From: Anaeramoeba ignava BMAN
Taxonomy: Eukaryota; Protista; Anaeramoebae
Length of the DNA stretch: 64,000 nt
Assembly (NCBI GenBank): GCA_028826165.1
Contig: JAPDFW010000104.1
Coordinates: 124,001-188,000, forward strand
Direction of reading: 5' to 3'
Part shown: one piece after another, positions 13,301 through 25,621 of the stretch
How the letters are laid out: each line of letters begins with the position of its first letter
Position numbering within the stretch: the stretch's first letter is position 1
Program-made: the position numbers and the translations under genes
The notes under the pieces: generated by a model
Told to the model about the DNA's origin: nothing
Databases searched by the model: none
The model's input: only the letters and a program-made list of their open reading frames with translations

Positions 13301-14637
13301 CTGCGGAAAATATCTAAATTAGAAGGATCCAATTTGCATATATTTGAAATTGATTTAATAATAATATTTTGCACTTCGGAAACAAGTGTAGATTTTGAAA
13401 ACAAACTAAAAATAAGAGAAAACATTGTGATATTTGAAACGATTTTTGGGGAATCATTCAAAGAAAAAAGAGATGATGAACTCATCTGTTTAATTTGTGA
13501 TTTTGATGGTTTTTCTTGCTTAATAAAACACAATTTGGATAAAATATCAACATATCCTATTTTTTCTTGGAGCGGAATTTGCGATTCTGAAAGAAAATTA
13601 AGTGAATTTTGCCGAATTTTTGAATAAAGATGTTGAGAAGAAAGTTGTGACACAGGATCTTTGGAAATGAATGAAGATCCTTTAACTGATGTAACAAGTA
13701 ATTCGAGTAAATCTTTGATTGCAATAAAATTTTTAGATGAAGAATGTTTTGACATCAATAATTTGATTTGAGAAATCACTTTTTCCTTTTGAGAAAAATC
13801 CAAAAGATACGAAAGATTGAAATGCAGAAAACATGAGTTCATGATTTGGCAGAGTTCGTGGAATATTTGGGTCATTAGATTATGATTATCAGCAGGGAAA
13901 GAAATGATCAAAGAAAATATTTTTTGGAAAAAATTTTGTTTTGAAAAATATGGGAAAGTTTCTCTTGAACTAAAAAATCTTTTCCCATGATCCGCAAGGG
14001 TTTTAAAGAATAGGATGATTCTGGATTTTGTTTTTAAAGATAGGATTTGATTTTTATCATTTTTTTGATTATTTTTTTCGGATTGATTTTCTTCATTTGG
14101 AAAAGTTAAATTTGTTGATAATTCGAAAAATTTAAGAACTGTTTCTGGGAATTTTAAATCTAATAAGGTTGACATATTCTTTTGGAATTTGGACAAATAA
14201 TTCAAAATCAAGGTGATATTTTTGATATCTTTATATTTTTGGAGATCTTGAAAAATATTTATAAAACCATTTGTAATTTGAGTTGTTGAAGATGAAGTGA
14301 ATAATTTTTGAAAAGATAAATGAAGATTTTGCAGAAGTAATTTAATAAATTCAGAAGTATCACCCAAACTAAAATGAATTTTTTTTTTTTTGAAATTTTA
14401 ATCAAAATTAAAAAAAACTATTTTTTTTTTTTTTAAAAAATTTTATTACTCAACAAATTTTGAAAAACTTTCTTGTTCTTTTGCAAATAAAAGAAATAAA
14501 GGAATTAATTGTGAATAAATTTGGTTTTTGTTGTTTTTGTTTTTGTTTTGTGGAATCATTTGTAATAAACGTCTAATTTCCATTGCAGTTTTTAGTTCAT
14601 CCCAATCAAAATTTTTTTTATTTTTTTCTTTATTCAT
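4356..14637 (-). CDS. Large BEACH-domain protein, WDFY3/ALFY-like (ConA/laminin-G-like, PH-BEACH, BEACH, WD40, C-terminal FYVE); spliced
   Basis: ORFs 14446-14637, 13177-14367, 9553-13173 (WPPQTGYTLSFW ConA-like motif), 6562-9261 ([34 protein letters not shown]) and 5039-6343 (DVKELIPEFFYLPEFL, WIDLIFG, FGQTPKQLF, WD40). The terminal segment 4356-4700 reads ..GHWVPKKEIQNCQIC..KKHHCRICGRVVCDSCS..RICDDCFKQK* (FYVE). Introns include 9508-9582 and about 6498-6565. Apparent frameshift in the KE/NQ tract at about 5070. Confidence 0.92.
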
Positions 14638-14747
14638 TTTTTTTTAAAAAATTAAAAAAAATTAAAAAAAAGAAAAATAAAAAATTTTTTCATTTTTTTC
14701 ATTTTTTTTTTTATTTTTTCTTCTTAAATTATTTTAAATTATTTTAA

Positions 14748-17700
14748 ATGGAACAAAAGCAAAAACAAGAACAAGAAAACAAACAAAATTTAAATCAAGA
14801 ACACAAACAAAATGAAAATTTAAATCAAAATCAAAATCAAAATGAAAATCAAAATCAAAGTCTAAATGAAAATCAAAATCAAAATGAAAATGAAAATCAA
14901 AATGAAAATGAAAATCAAAATCAAAATCAAAATCAAAATGAAAATCAAAATCAAAATGAAAATCAAAATCAAAATGAAAATCGAAAATCAAAATCAAAAT
15001 GAAAATGAAAATCAAAATGAAAATCAAAATGAAAATCAAAATGAAAATGAAAATCAAAATTAAAATCAAAATCAAAATGAAAATCAAAATCAAAATAAAA
15101 ATGAAAATCAAAATGAAAATCAAAATGAAAATCAAAATCAAAATCAAAATCAAAATCAAAATCAAAATCAAAATGAAAATTTAAATCAAAATCAAAATCA
15201 AAATCAAAATCAAAATCAAAATCAAAATCAAAATCAAAATGAAAATGAAAATCAAAATCAAAATCAAAATCAAAATCAAAATCAAAATCAAAATCAAAAT
15301 CAAAATGAAAATCAAAATCAAAATGAAAATCAAAATCAAAATGAAAATCAAAATCAAAATGAAAATCAAAATCAAAATCAAAATGAAAATCAAAATGAAA
15401 ATCAAAATCAAAATGAAAATCAAAATGAAAATCAAAATCAAAATGAAAATGAAAATGAAAATCAAAATCAAAATGAAAATGAAAATCAAAATCAAAATCA
15501 AAATCAAAATCAAAATGAAAATCAAAATGAAAATGAAAATCAAAATGAAAATGAAAATCAAAATCAAAATCAAAATCAAAATCAAAATCAAAATCAAAAT
15601 CAAAATCAAAATGAAAATCAAAATCAAAATGAAAATCAAAATGAAAATCAAAATGAAAATGAAAATCAAAATGAAAATGAAAATCAAAATCAAAATCAAA
15701 AACAAAATGAAAATCAAAATCAAAATGAAAATCAAAATCAAAATCAAAATCAAAATCAAAATCAAAATCAAAATCAAAATCAAAATGAAAATCAAAATGA
15801 AAATCAAAATTTAAATCAAAATGAAAATCAAAAACAAAATGAAAATCAAAATGAAAATCAAAATCAAAATCAAAATCAAAATCAAAATGAAAATCAAAAT
15901 CAAAATGAAAATGAAAATCAAAATGAAAATCAAAATGAAAATCAAAATGAAAATGAAAATGAAAATGAAAATGAAAATGAAAATCAAAATCAAAATCAAA
16001 ATCAAAATCAAAATAAAAATGAAAATGAAAATGAAAATGAAAATGAAAATGAAATGGAAATGGAAAATTCTTTTAAAATTATTTATAATCAAATTTCTCA
16101 AATTACAAAAAAACTTCCTTTTGGTAAATTTTCTTAAATTAATATTTATTGTAAAAATTGAAAAAAAAAAATATTTTTATTTTTAATCCTTTTTTTCTTT
16201 AAAAAAAAAGTTCAAGATTTCCCAAAAATATCTCAAGAAATTATAGATTTAATTAATTCTTTTATGAAAAAAGAAATTTTTATACCAAAATCAAAAGAAG
16301 GATTTTTTGAAGAAACAATTTTTAATTATTTAAAACAAATCCAAAAATTGTATTTATTGCTTTTTTTTTTTTTCAAAAGCGAAAAAATTAAATCTTTTAA
16401 AAAAAAAAGAAAATTAGATTCTTCATTATCAACAAATATTCAAAATTTATATCAATCAATGATTAAATTTGTTCTTTATCAACTTCAGAATCAAATTGTT
16501 AATGAAAAGCTTCTTTCAATTATAATATCAATTTTTTCAGTAGAAATGTACATGTTTGAATCTATTAAATTAATGATTGAAAAAGATGAAAAATATAGAA
16601 ATATTAGATTTAAATACCAAAATATAAAGAAAATTAAGAAACTTGATCAAAAAAATCCAAAATTTACTCAACTTAAAGTAAATTTAAATTTTCAAATTTA
16701 AAATTTAATTTTAAATTATATTTTATATTTCTTTAAGGAAAATGATACAATCACACCAGTCTTCTTTATTGAGAATATTCAATTTTTCGGAATAAATGAA
16801 GGATTTAAAATCATTTCGAATTTTTATTTGAAAACATCAAATCAGAAAATGGAAAAATAAATATCCAAATATTATTACTTTTTTCTAAAATATTTGATTT
16901 AGTAAAAAAATTTAAAAAAATTTAAAAAAATTTAAAAAATTCCTTTCTAATTAAACAAAACAAAGATTTATCAACATTTAACTCAGGTTGTATTTGAAAT
17001 TTACTTGAAAAAAATTATTGATGGAATTTTATTATATCTTGAATCATTTTGGAAAAATTTAACAGATTATGAGGAATTATATCAATCAACAAGAATCATT
17101 CTTTCATATATACTTTTTATAAAAGAAAAAATACCAAGTATTTCTGAAATTGAACCTCAAATCCAAATTATTGATTTTAAAATGAAATTGGCAAAAATTT
17201 TACTTGATAACGAAGAAGCTAAAAACCAGAAAAATGGAATCAAATTTACAATTGAAATTATAAATGAAATACAAAATTTAAAAAATCGTTCTGAAAATGA
17301 TGCTTTGAGCCATCACGAAAGAGGAAAATATGAAAAGCAATTTAAAAAAACACAAAAAAACTGTTTGGATTGGTTGAAAAACAATCGTTTTATTGAAAAG
17401 CAATTCAAAGGAGAAAAAAAAGATGGAGAAACTTTGCAACTTGTGAATCAAATTATTAAATTTTATGGGAAATATCAAAAAATCCCTGATAAATTAATCA
17501 ATGATATTTGGGCATTACTTCAACAAGATTTAAGCTCAAATTTAAGATTGAAACAGATATTAACACAAACACTAATTACAATCACCAAAATTGCAAACAA
17601 AGTCCAAATCAATGATTTGAATCAGAAAATCCAACAAGTTAAAAGGGAAAATTATGATTTTAATTTTTTGGAATTGATTAGTAGCGTTACATTTATTCAA

Positions 17701-20700
17701 ATATCTAAAAACCCCAAATCTATTAGCAATCTTTTTGGATTAGAAACAATGTGGAACTTGATACAAGATGGTTCAGGAATATCTTCTTCTGTAGCTTCAA
17801 GAGCAAGAGTTAATTTGAAGAATATTTTAATCAAGAAAGAATGCAAGAAAATTCGCAATAATTATATTTTGTTATGTATTCAGAATATCCAAAAACATCA
17901 ATCTGTATTATTATCTCTTGAATTAATAAAAGATCTTGTTTCTTATTCAGGACAACAAAATAAGATTGATAATAAGATGTTTACTACAAAAATTAAGAAA
18001 CTTCAACAAGAGCATAAGTTGATGGATTTATTTTTTGAAGATTTTAAATATTATCATGAAAAGGCACAAGAAGGAGCATCAAAAGTATCAAATTTAAGAA
18101 AAAGATTTTCTCCTGATCTTGGATTTGAAGAAAAAGAAAAAGAAAAAGAAAAAGATGAAAATGAAAATGAAAATGAAAATGAAAAAAATAAGGATCATAA
18201 AGAAAATAAACCAAATTATGTAGAATTCGATATTTCAACAACTCCCATTGTGGGTGTTCATTCACATCTAAAAGAAATTGAACAAAGACTTCAATTCCTT
18301 GATTTCATTTTAACAAATACAAACTTAACATTATCTTTTGAAAGATTTGCTCAAATTTGGGGTTTCTTAGTTGAAAAATCAATCTCGAAAATGGAAACAG
18401 ATGCATTTTTCCAATTTATTGAATCATTGAAACTTAGTAATCAACAATATGGAAAAGGATTTGAATTACCATTTTTAGAGAAAGTTTTTACAAAAATTGT
18501 TGAATATTTCGATCATCAAAAATTGAATATGATGGAATATTCAATTTTTCGAAAATTTTTCACAACAATTAACAGAAGATCAAACAAAATTATTCCTGAA
18601 TATGAAACTATTACTTATCAAGTTTATTCAACAGGAACATCTTTTTTTAAAGGTTCTAATTACGATAAAGAATTGAAAACAATTACAAAAACATCAAGAA
18701 GACTCACAGGAAATTTCTTATCTGAAACAATAGAACTCAAGCATCTTGATTATTTATGGAAAATTTTTCTCGATGTTGAAAATGAAGAAGTTTTAACATC
18801 TTCTCAAACTCTTTTAACAAATTGCTATTTGTTATTATCACCAACACTTTTGAAGAAACCAGAAGCTGGCAAGCAAGTTCAAGAAGAATTCATTTCAGAA
18901 ATTATGAAAAAAATAACAACCATTTCAAATTCCCAACAAAAACAACCGCAAGATGAAGAGAAAATAAGACGTTGTTTATCTCTTCTTCATTCTTTTATAC
19001 AAAGTTTTGATAAAAAAAAGGGATTAGATAATTTGGAAAATGATGCCTTGAAACCTCATCAACAAAAAACACAAATTGAACAAGTTTCATTGCCAATCCA
19101 ATATAACAAACAAAATCATACAATGACTTTCCATGATTCACTAACAATTAAAGAATTTCGAAGAATAATCCAAAAGAGATTGAAAATCAAAACAGATGGT
19201 TTCAAACTTTATTATGGAAAATTGGAGTTGAATAAAGAAGAACAAACACTTCGAAATTTGAAAATTAATGATTTATTATCTACTCAAAGTTTGGAAGTTA
19301 GATTTGAAGAAGACAAAAAACAAGAAAAACAATCTAATAAAGATAAAGATAAAGATAAAGATGAAGACGAATATTATTTCAATGATTCAAGTGATGAAGA
19401 TCAAGTCGAAAAGGAAAAAGAATCAAAATTCCAAAAATGACAAGCAATTAAAAAAATTTTTGCAAGAAAAAAAAAGAAAAGAAAAAGAAATCCAAAAAGC
19501 CAAAGAAGAATTTGAAAAGAAGCAGCAAACAAATTTGCAAGCAAAGAAAAAAGAAATGGAAGAGAAATTACGAAAAGAAAAAGAATTCAGAGAAAGAAAC
19601 AAGTCTGATCGATTTCCTGCTGTTGTTGTTTCACGAAGTGAATATTTTGAGAAATTATTTGAAATTATCGAATATTCAGAAAAAATTGGTTTATTTACAT
19701 GGGAAATTATCCAGAAATTACCAACAAATCCACATCTGTTATTGAGATTTTCATCTTTAACACAAACAAAATTGAACAGCATTTTCAAAAAAAATTTATA
19801 TCAGAATTATTTTAAAGATTTCCAAATCAAAATGAACGAGAAAAAGCAAATTGTTCCAGAGAATGAAATTTTGAAAAAATCTGTGAGTGATTTTCTTCCG
19901 AAAGAAAATATTTACAAATTACTTTATTCTCTAGAAATCATACATCAACTTATTTTAGTCAGCAAATACAAAGCAGAAGAAACAATTGATAAAACTGAAA
20001 ATTTAAGAGATGAGCAATGGTGTTCAGCTTTCATTTCAGAAAATGGGGTTTTGCAATTTATGAATATTATCATTGATTTGAATTCCAAATTACAAAATGA
20101 AAATTTATTAGAAAAATTCCATCCGAAATTATTTCAAACCATGACTTTAATGATGAAAATTTTCATGGAAATGATCAGCATAAATCCACTGAAAAAGGAA
20201 GTATCGCCTTTATGTGACGTTTTCAAGAACCAATTAGCAGAGCAAGAATTAAGTGAAAATATTCATAGTTTCTTGAATTCACTTTTTGAAATGATTATTT
20301 TTTTTTCTGATATTGCAAATGACAAAAAAGCAACAAAAGAAATGAAGTTTGAAATTGGATTTTTTGTTGAATACAGTATTACAATTTTGGACATTTTAAT
20401 TTCAAATGATTTCAAAACAATATCATATTTATTTGTCAATCCATCGAAAAGAATTCCAATGATTCTCCGAAAATCATTACTTAATGAGAATCAAAAGATA
20501 CGGCATTCAGCATTTAAACTTCTTCATTTGGTTTCATGGAATTCATTAGGAAAAGAAATAATTTTGGAAGGAATTAATGTTGCCAATTATCTTTTTTCAA
20601 GTTTGGTTGAATTGCTTCCAGAAATCAAAAATTTTTCGAGAATTAGTTATGAGTATTTTATAGTTATGAATGGAATGGTTAATCAGAATATTCCAACAAT

Positions 20701-23700
20701 AGAAACAATGCAATCAACAGAAAACGAAAAATCTAAAAAAAAGGAATCAAATGAAGAAAAACCCATCTTTCGCAAATATTTAAAGAATTGGATTATTATC
20801 AGTTAATAATTGATATTTCAAACCAAATTAAAGATTCATCTTTGAGAGAAAAAAGCAGCTCTTCTAAGCATGAGAATTGGGTTTTGAAAGGATTGCTTGA
20901 TCTTTTATCCTCAATTATTCAAGTTACAAAGATTTCTGAATCCCAAAAAATTGAAATTGGGATAAAACATAAAATGATCAAGGAATTATTTGAAAATTGT
21001 CTTTTTAAGCCAAAACCAAAAGAAAATGAAAATGAAAATGAAAATGAAAATGAAAATCAAGAAATATCAATAAGTAGTTTACTTCCAAAATGTCAAGCGC
21101 CACCATCAAGACAATCAGCTCTTTCTCTTCTTTCCAATTTGACGAGAAACGTTCCTCAAAATATTGAATATTTAATCAAAAAAATGAAGAAGAGTTTTAA
21201 AAAAACAGAGAAAAATTTAAGTTGGGATCACAAACCCATTTTAGAAGAAACTGAGAAAACAATAGGATATGTTGGGTTGAGGAATCAAGGCGCGACATGT
21301 TATATGAATTCTGTTTTACAGCAACTTTTCATGACAACAGAATTTCGAGAAGGAATTCTTGCATCTAAAGAGGAAAATCAAAATCAAAATGAAAATCAAA
21401 ATGAAAATGAAAATCAAAATCAAAAAAAATCAGATAATGAATTAGTTCTTCAAGAATTCCAAAATTTGTTTTACAATCTCCAGCAATCACAATCACAAGT
21501 TCACAACCCAATCTCGTTCTGCAAAAGTTTCAAAGATTTTGATGGAAATCCAATCAATCTGAAAAGACAACAAGATGCTAATGAATTTTTGAATTTGCTA
21601 TTTGATCGTATTGAAAACTCATTAAAATCAACACCTCAAGAAAATCTATTGAAAGAAGTTTATGGAGGAAAATTGATTCATCAAGTTATTTGCAGTGAGA
21701 AATTCCATCGCTCAGAAAGAGAAGAACCTTTTTTCACAGTTTCGATTGATATCCAAAAAAAGCAAACATTACAAGAATCACTTGAATTATTTATTGAAAA
21801 GGATACTCTCAAAGGGGAAAACCAATATTTCTGCAGTGGTTGCAATAAGAAATCAGATGCATTAAAGCGATGTTGTTTAAAAACACTTCCAAATACATTA
21901 ATTCTTCATTTGAAACGCTTTGATTTTGATATTAACACACTTAGGCATATCAAATTGAATAAATATTTCGAATTCCCAAAAGAAATTGACATGAAACCTT
22001 ACACTCTTCATGGGATAATGAAAAAAGAACGAGAAAATGAAAATGAAAATGAAAATGAAGATGAAGATGAAAATGAAAATCAAAATCAAAATCAAAATCA
22101 AAATCAAGATGAAGATGAAAATGAAAAAGAAAAGAAAAAAATCGATAAGGAAAAGGAAGAACAATTAAAATTAATCGATCAAGAAATTGAGAAAATGAAA
22201 CAGCCTGATGATTATTATCAATATCAACTTGCTGGTGTTGTTGTGCATTCTGGAACAGCAAATTCCGGTCATTATTATTCATATATTCGAGAAAGAAATC
22301 AAAATGAAGATCAAAATGAAAAAATTGTTTGGAATGAATTTAATGATACAACAGTCAGAAGCTTTGATATCAGAAATCTAAAGAAAAAAACATTTGGATC
22401 GGTAAAATCTGAAAGTGATCCAAAAGCTTCATCTACAATATTCAATGCTTATATGCTATTCTACGAAAGAAAAAAGAGATATGATTTCCGCACACAAAAA
22501 CCGGCTGAGAAAATATCACAAAATCAAAATACATTGCAGAAAATGAAGAGACTTCGAAGACAAAAAATTCTATTGCAAAACAACCAATATCGAATTTACG
22601 AACAAATGTATTTTAATTTTGTATCTGTTATATTTCAAGACAAGTCATGGAATCGCAATGATTTATCTGTATTCAAATTTGCAGCAAAATTCCTTTTTGA
22701 AATTGTTGTTTATTCTTGTTCTTTATCAAGTTTCAATTTGTGGATCCAAATTTTAAATTCCGTTTTCCAAAAAAACCAAGAATTATCCAAATGGTTTTTG
22801 AAACAAAGTTTGAAATTAAAATGGATTGAAAAAATTATTATTCTTTCCCCAATTACACATTTCCAAGAGGGATATATTACTTTAATGAAAACAAGTATGG
22901 GAAATCTCATTTTGAAAGAAGGAGAAAATTATCCCAAATTTGAATCAAAAGAAGAAGAATTTAATTCACAAAAATTATTTGAAAATCCATCTTTAATTGA
23001 ATTTATAACTTTCTTGGCTTTAAATGTAATATTTTTTCAATCAACAAAAAAAAATATTATAAATATTTATATTAATATAAATTCTTTTTTTTCTTCAGAT
23101 TGATTCATTTCTTTCAAATGGAAAAAATCCTTTTTATTACTTTAAAATTTTGATTGATTTTGCTTCATTTGGAAAAAGAGAAAGTGATTATTTAATTGGA
23201 TTAAATATGATTCCAAATTCAATTGAGTTTTATAAAAAAGCTTCATCACAACAATTTGTTGAAGTGAAAAATGAATCAACAGAAGAAGTTGAATTAATAC
23301 CAATTAATTTAAAACCAGAAGTTTTCCAAACAGTTATAAAATTTGTTATATTATTAATGAAAAACTTCCAATTTGAAGATTCAAATTTAGAATCAACAAG
23401 CATTCAAGTTCAAATCCAACAAATTAAATCAAATGAAGATTTTTTCAAAGAAATTTTTATTAAACAATTAGCAATTTCTGAATTACAATTATTAATTCAA
23501 TATTTATCAAGGAAATCTCTTATTTTGACTTCATTTTTTAAGGATTTGTTATTTGGACTTTTAACAGAGAAAAAAGTGAGAAAAGCGAATTATTCATTTT
23601 ATATTGAAACTTTAAAGAAAATTATTGAAAATGAAAATTGAAAATGAAAATTTAAAGAAAATGAAAATTTAAAGAAAATTATTGAAAATGAAAAAGAAAA

Positions 23701-24181
23701 TGAAAATTTAAATGGAAATGAAAAAGGAAATGAAAATCAAAATGAAAAAGGAAATGAAAATCAAAATGAAAAAGAAAATGAAAATCAAAATGAAAAAGAA
23801 AATGAAAATTTAAATGAAAATGAAAAAGAAAATGAAAAAGAAAATGAAAAAGAAAATCAAAATGAAAATCAAAATGAAAATCAAAATGAAAATCAAAATC
23901 AAAATCAAAATGAAAATCAAAATGAAAATTTAAATGAAAATCAAAAAGAAAAAGAAAAAGAAAGAATTTTCGAAATTTTAAATGGTTTATTTGATTTAAT
24001 CAATAATTTATTTAATACAAAAAAGAAAACAGTTTCTCAAAGAATTTATCAATCAATTATTTCTTTTTTGGATTTAAATTCAACCACAAAACAATGGAAA
24101 TTTGAAAATCAAAAAAAGATTGATGAATTGGAACAATTTTATAAGAATTTATCAAAAACAAATCAAAAGAAAAGAAAATAA
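14748..24181 (+). CDS. Large ubiquitin-specific protease, USP9X/USP24/USP34-like (peptidase C19), with N-terminal NQ/NE tract; spliced, with apparent frameshifts
   Basis: ORF 20788-23103 has the Cys box GYVGLRNQGATCYMNSVLQQL, QQDANEF, and the His box YQLAGVVVHSGTANSGHYYSYI..WNEFND. Upstream ORFs 17005-19440 and 19268-20806 (WEIIQKLPTNP, KLLYSLEII) are typical of the USP9/24/34 helical region. Frame breaks at about 19430, 20790 and 23640 fall in A/T runs. Confidence 0.9.
14810..16051 (+). repeat. About 1.24-kb hexamer microsatellite (CAAAAT/GAAAAT)n, encoding QN/EN repeats
   Basis: Directly visible. It produces the spurious MKIKIK and ILILIL ORFs in the track. Confidence 0.95.
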
Positions 24182-24344
24182 TTTCCTTTTTCTTCTTCTC
24201 TTTTTTTTTTATTCAATTTTTTTCTAAATTCCAAAAATTAAAAATTCAAAATTCAAAATTTTTAAAATAATTTTTTTTTAAATTAAAACAAAAATATTTT
24301 TTTCATTTTTCATTTTTCATTTTTTTCATTTTTTGAAGTACAAA

Positions 24345-25120
24345 AATAAATTAAATGAATTCCAATTCTTTCAGAGTTAAGTTGTTGAACCAAACTCAGG
24401 TAAACGTTTTTCTTAATTTGGAAAAAATAATGAAAAAAAAAAACTCATGATTGATTTCAGATAATTTTTTGATTCTTCAAATCAAGAATTTGATTCTAAT
24501 CAATATTTATTTTTCACATTCATGGCAAAAGGAATTAAATGAAGAACTCATTCAAATCATAAATTATTTTGAAAAGAAACAAATTATTATTGGAGGAGAT
24601 TTCAATTTTCCTTTTCATTTATTCTTAAAAAAATATATTTTGAAAAATCGATTTCCAAAAAGTTTCAAATTAATTCCAAATTCTTGTTTTTCTCGAGTGA
24701 AGAATATTGATTATTTTATTTCAAATTGCAAATCTGTTTTATGATTTTCTCAAATTATCCCTCCAATTTTAAATTCTGAATTTATTTCAGATCACAATTT
24801 AGTTGAAAATTCCTTCTTAATTGATCTCAAATGAACTGTCTAAGGAACACATAAAAATTAAGATCTTTTTCGTTTTTTTGATTCTTAAAATAACATAATT
24901 TCCAACTTCATTCCACTTTCAAAAATAAATAACTCAAGAAAAAACTTAAGATTTTCATTCTTAATTTGAATGGAATGCGTAAAAAAGAAAAGGAAAAACA
25001 AGTGAAAAAATGAATGAAAAATTGGGATATTATTTTTTTTCAAGAAACTCATTTGAAAAAAAATATGGAAAAAATTTTGATGAAGATTATTTTTGTTTTT
25101 TCAAAAATCAAATAACAATT
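24345..25120 (+). pseudogene. Decayed AP-endonuclease (EEP) fragments, probably from a non-LTR retrotransposon
   Basis: IIIGGDFN and IDYFIS (ORF 24451-24744), then ISDHNLV at about 24785-24805. Downstream at about 24945-25060: LKIFILNLNGMRKK..*MKNWDIIFFQETHLKK (NxNG and DIxxxQETH motifs). Contains stops and frameshifts; no reverse transcriptase seen. Confidence 0.75.
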
Positions 25121-25553
25121 TCTCAACTTCAAAAAAGTAAAAAATAAAAAACTTAAAACAAAAAAGGAAAAAACACAATTTTTATTTGTTAAAAAACCAA
25201 AACAATTTTTTTCTTTCATCTTTCTCTCATGGTTAAACAGGAACTCCTATATCCCTTCATTCACATTTTGCATTAAAGTGTATAACACACACTAACTCCC
25301 TTAAATATTCGATTATAAAAAATAATTAAGTTGATCATCATTATTTTTTATAAAGGCAAAAAAATGAAAAAAATGAAAAATGAAAAATAAAAAAATGAAA
25401 AAATAAAAAAATTTTTTTTTCAAATCTAATTTAAATAAATCAAAAGAAAGAAAATAATTTGAATTTAATTTGTTTTTGTTTTTGTTTTTGATTTTGTTTT
25501 TGTTTTTGGATTAAATTGATTTTTTTATTTTTTTTGATTAAGGAATCCGAAAG

Positions 25554-25586
<33 letters not shown>

Positions 25587-25621
25587 GAAAAAAGAAAAAA
25601 GAAAAAAGAAAAAAGAAAAGC

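Noticed and set aside
14734-16186. ORFs of MKIKIK and ILILIL type (also 4637-5248, 21898-22282, 27243-27446, 44911-45528, 51342-51925, 62938-63171)
   Set aside because: They are off-frame or antisense translations of hexamer and other simple repeats, not genes.
19400-20810. Frameshifts in many genes (USP, BEACH, RCC1-BTB, FANCD2, F-box, TPR-like, transposase) as programmed frameshifting or pseudogenisation
   Set aside because: Most coincide with A/T homopolymers and occur in conserved housekeeping genes, so long-read indel errors are the simplest explanation. Short-read polishing would decide.
25011-25013. In-frame TGA in the endonuclease fragment as evidence of a variant genetic code
   Set aside because: The region is otherwise decayed, and long intact ORFs in the window read through under the standard code.
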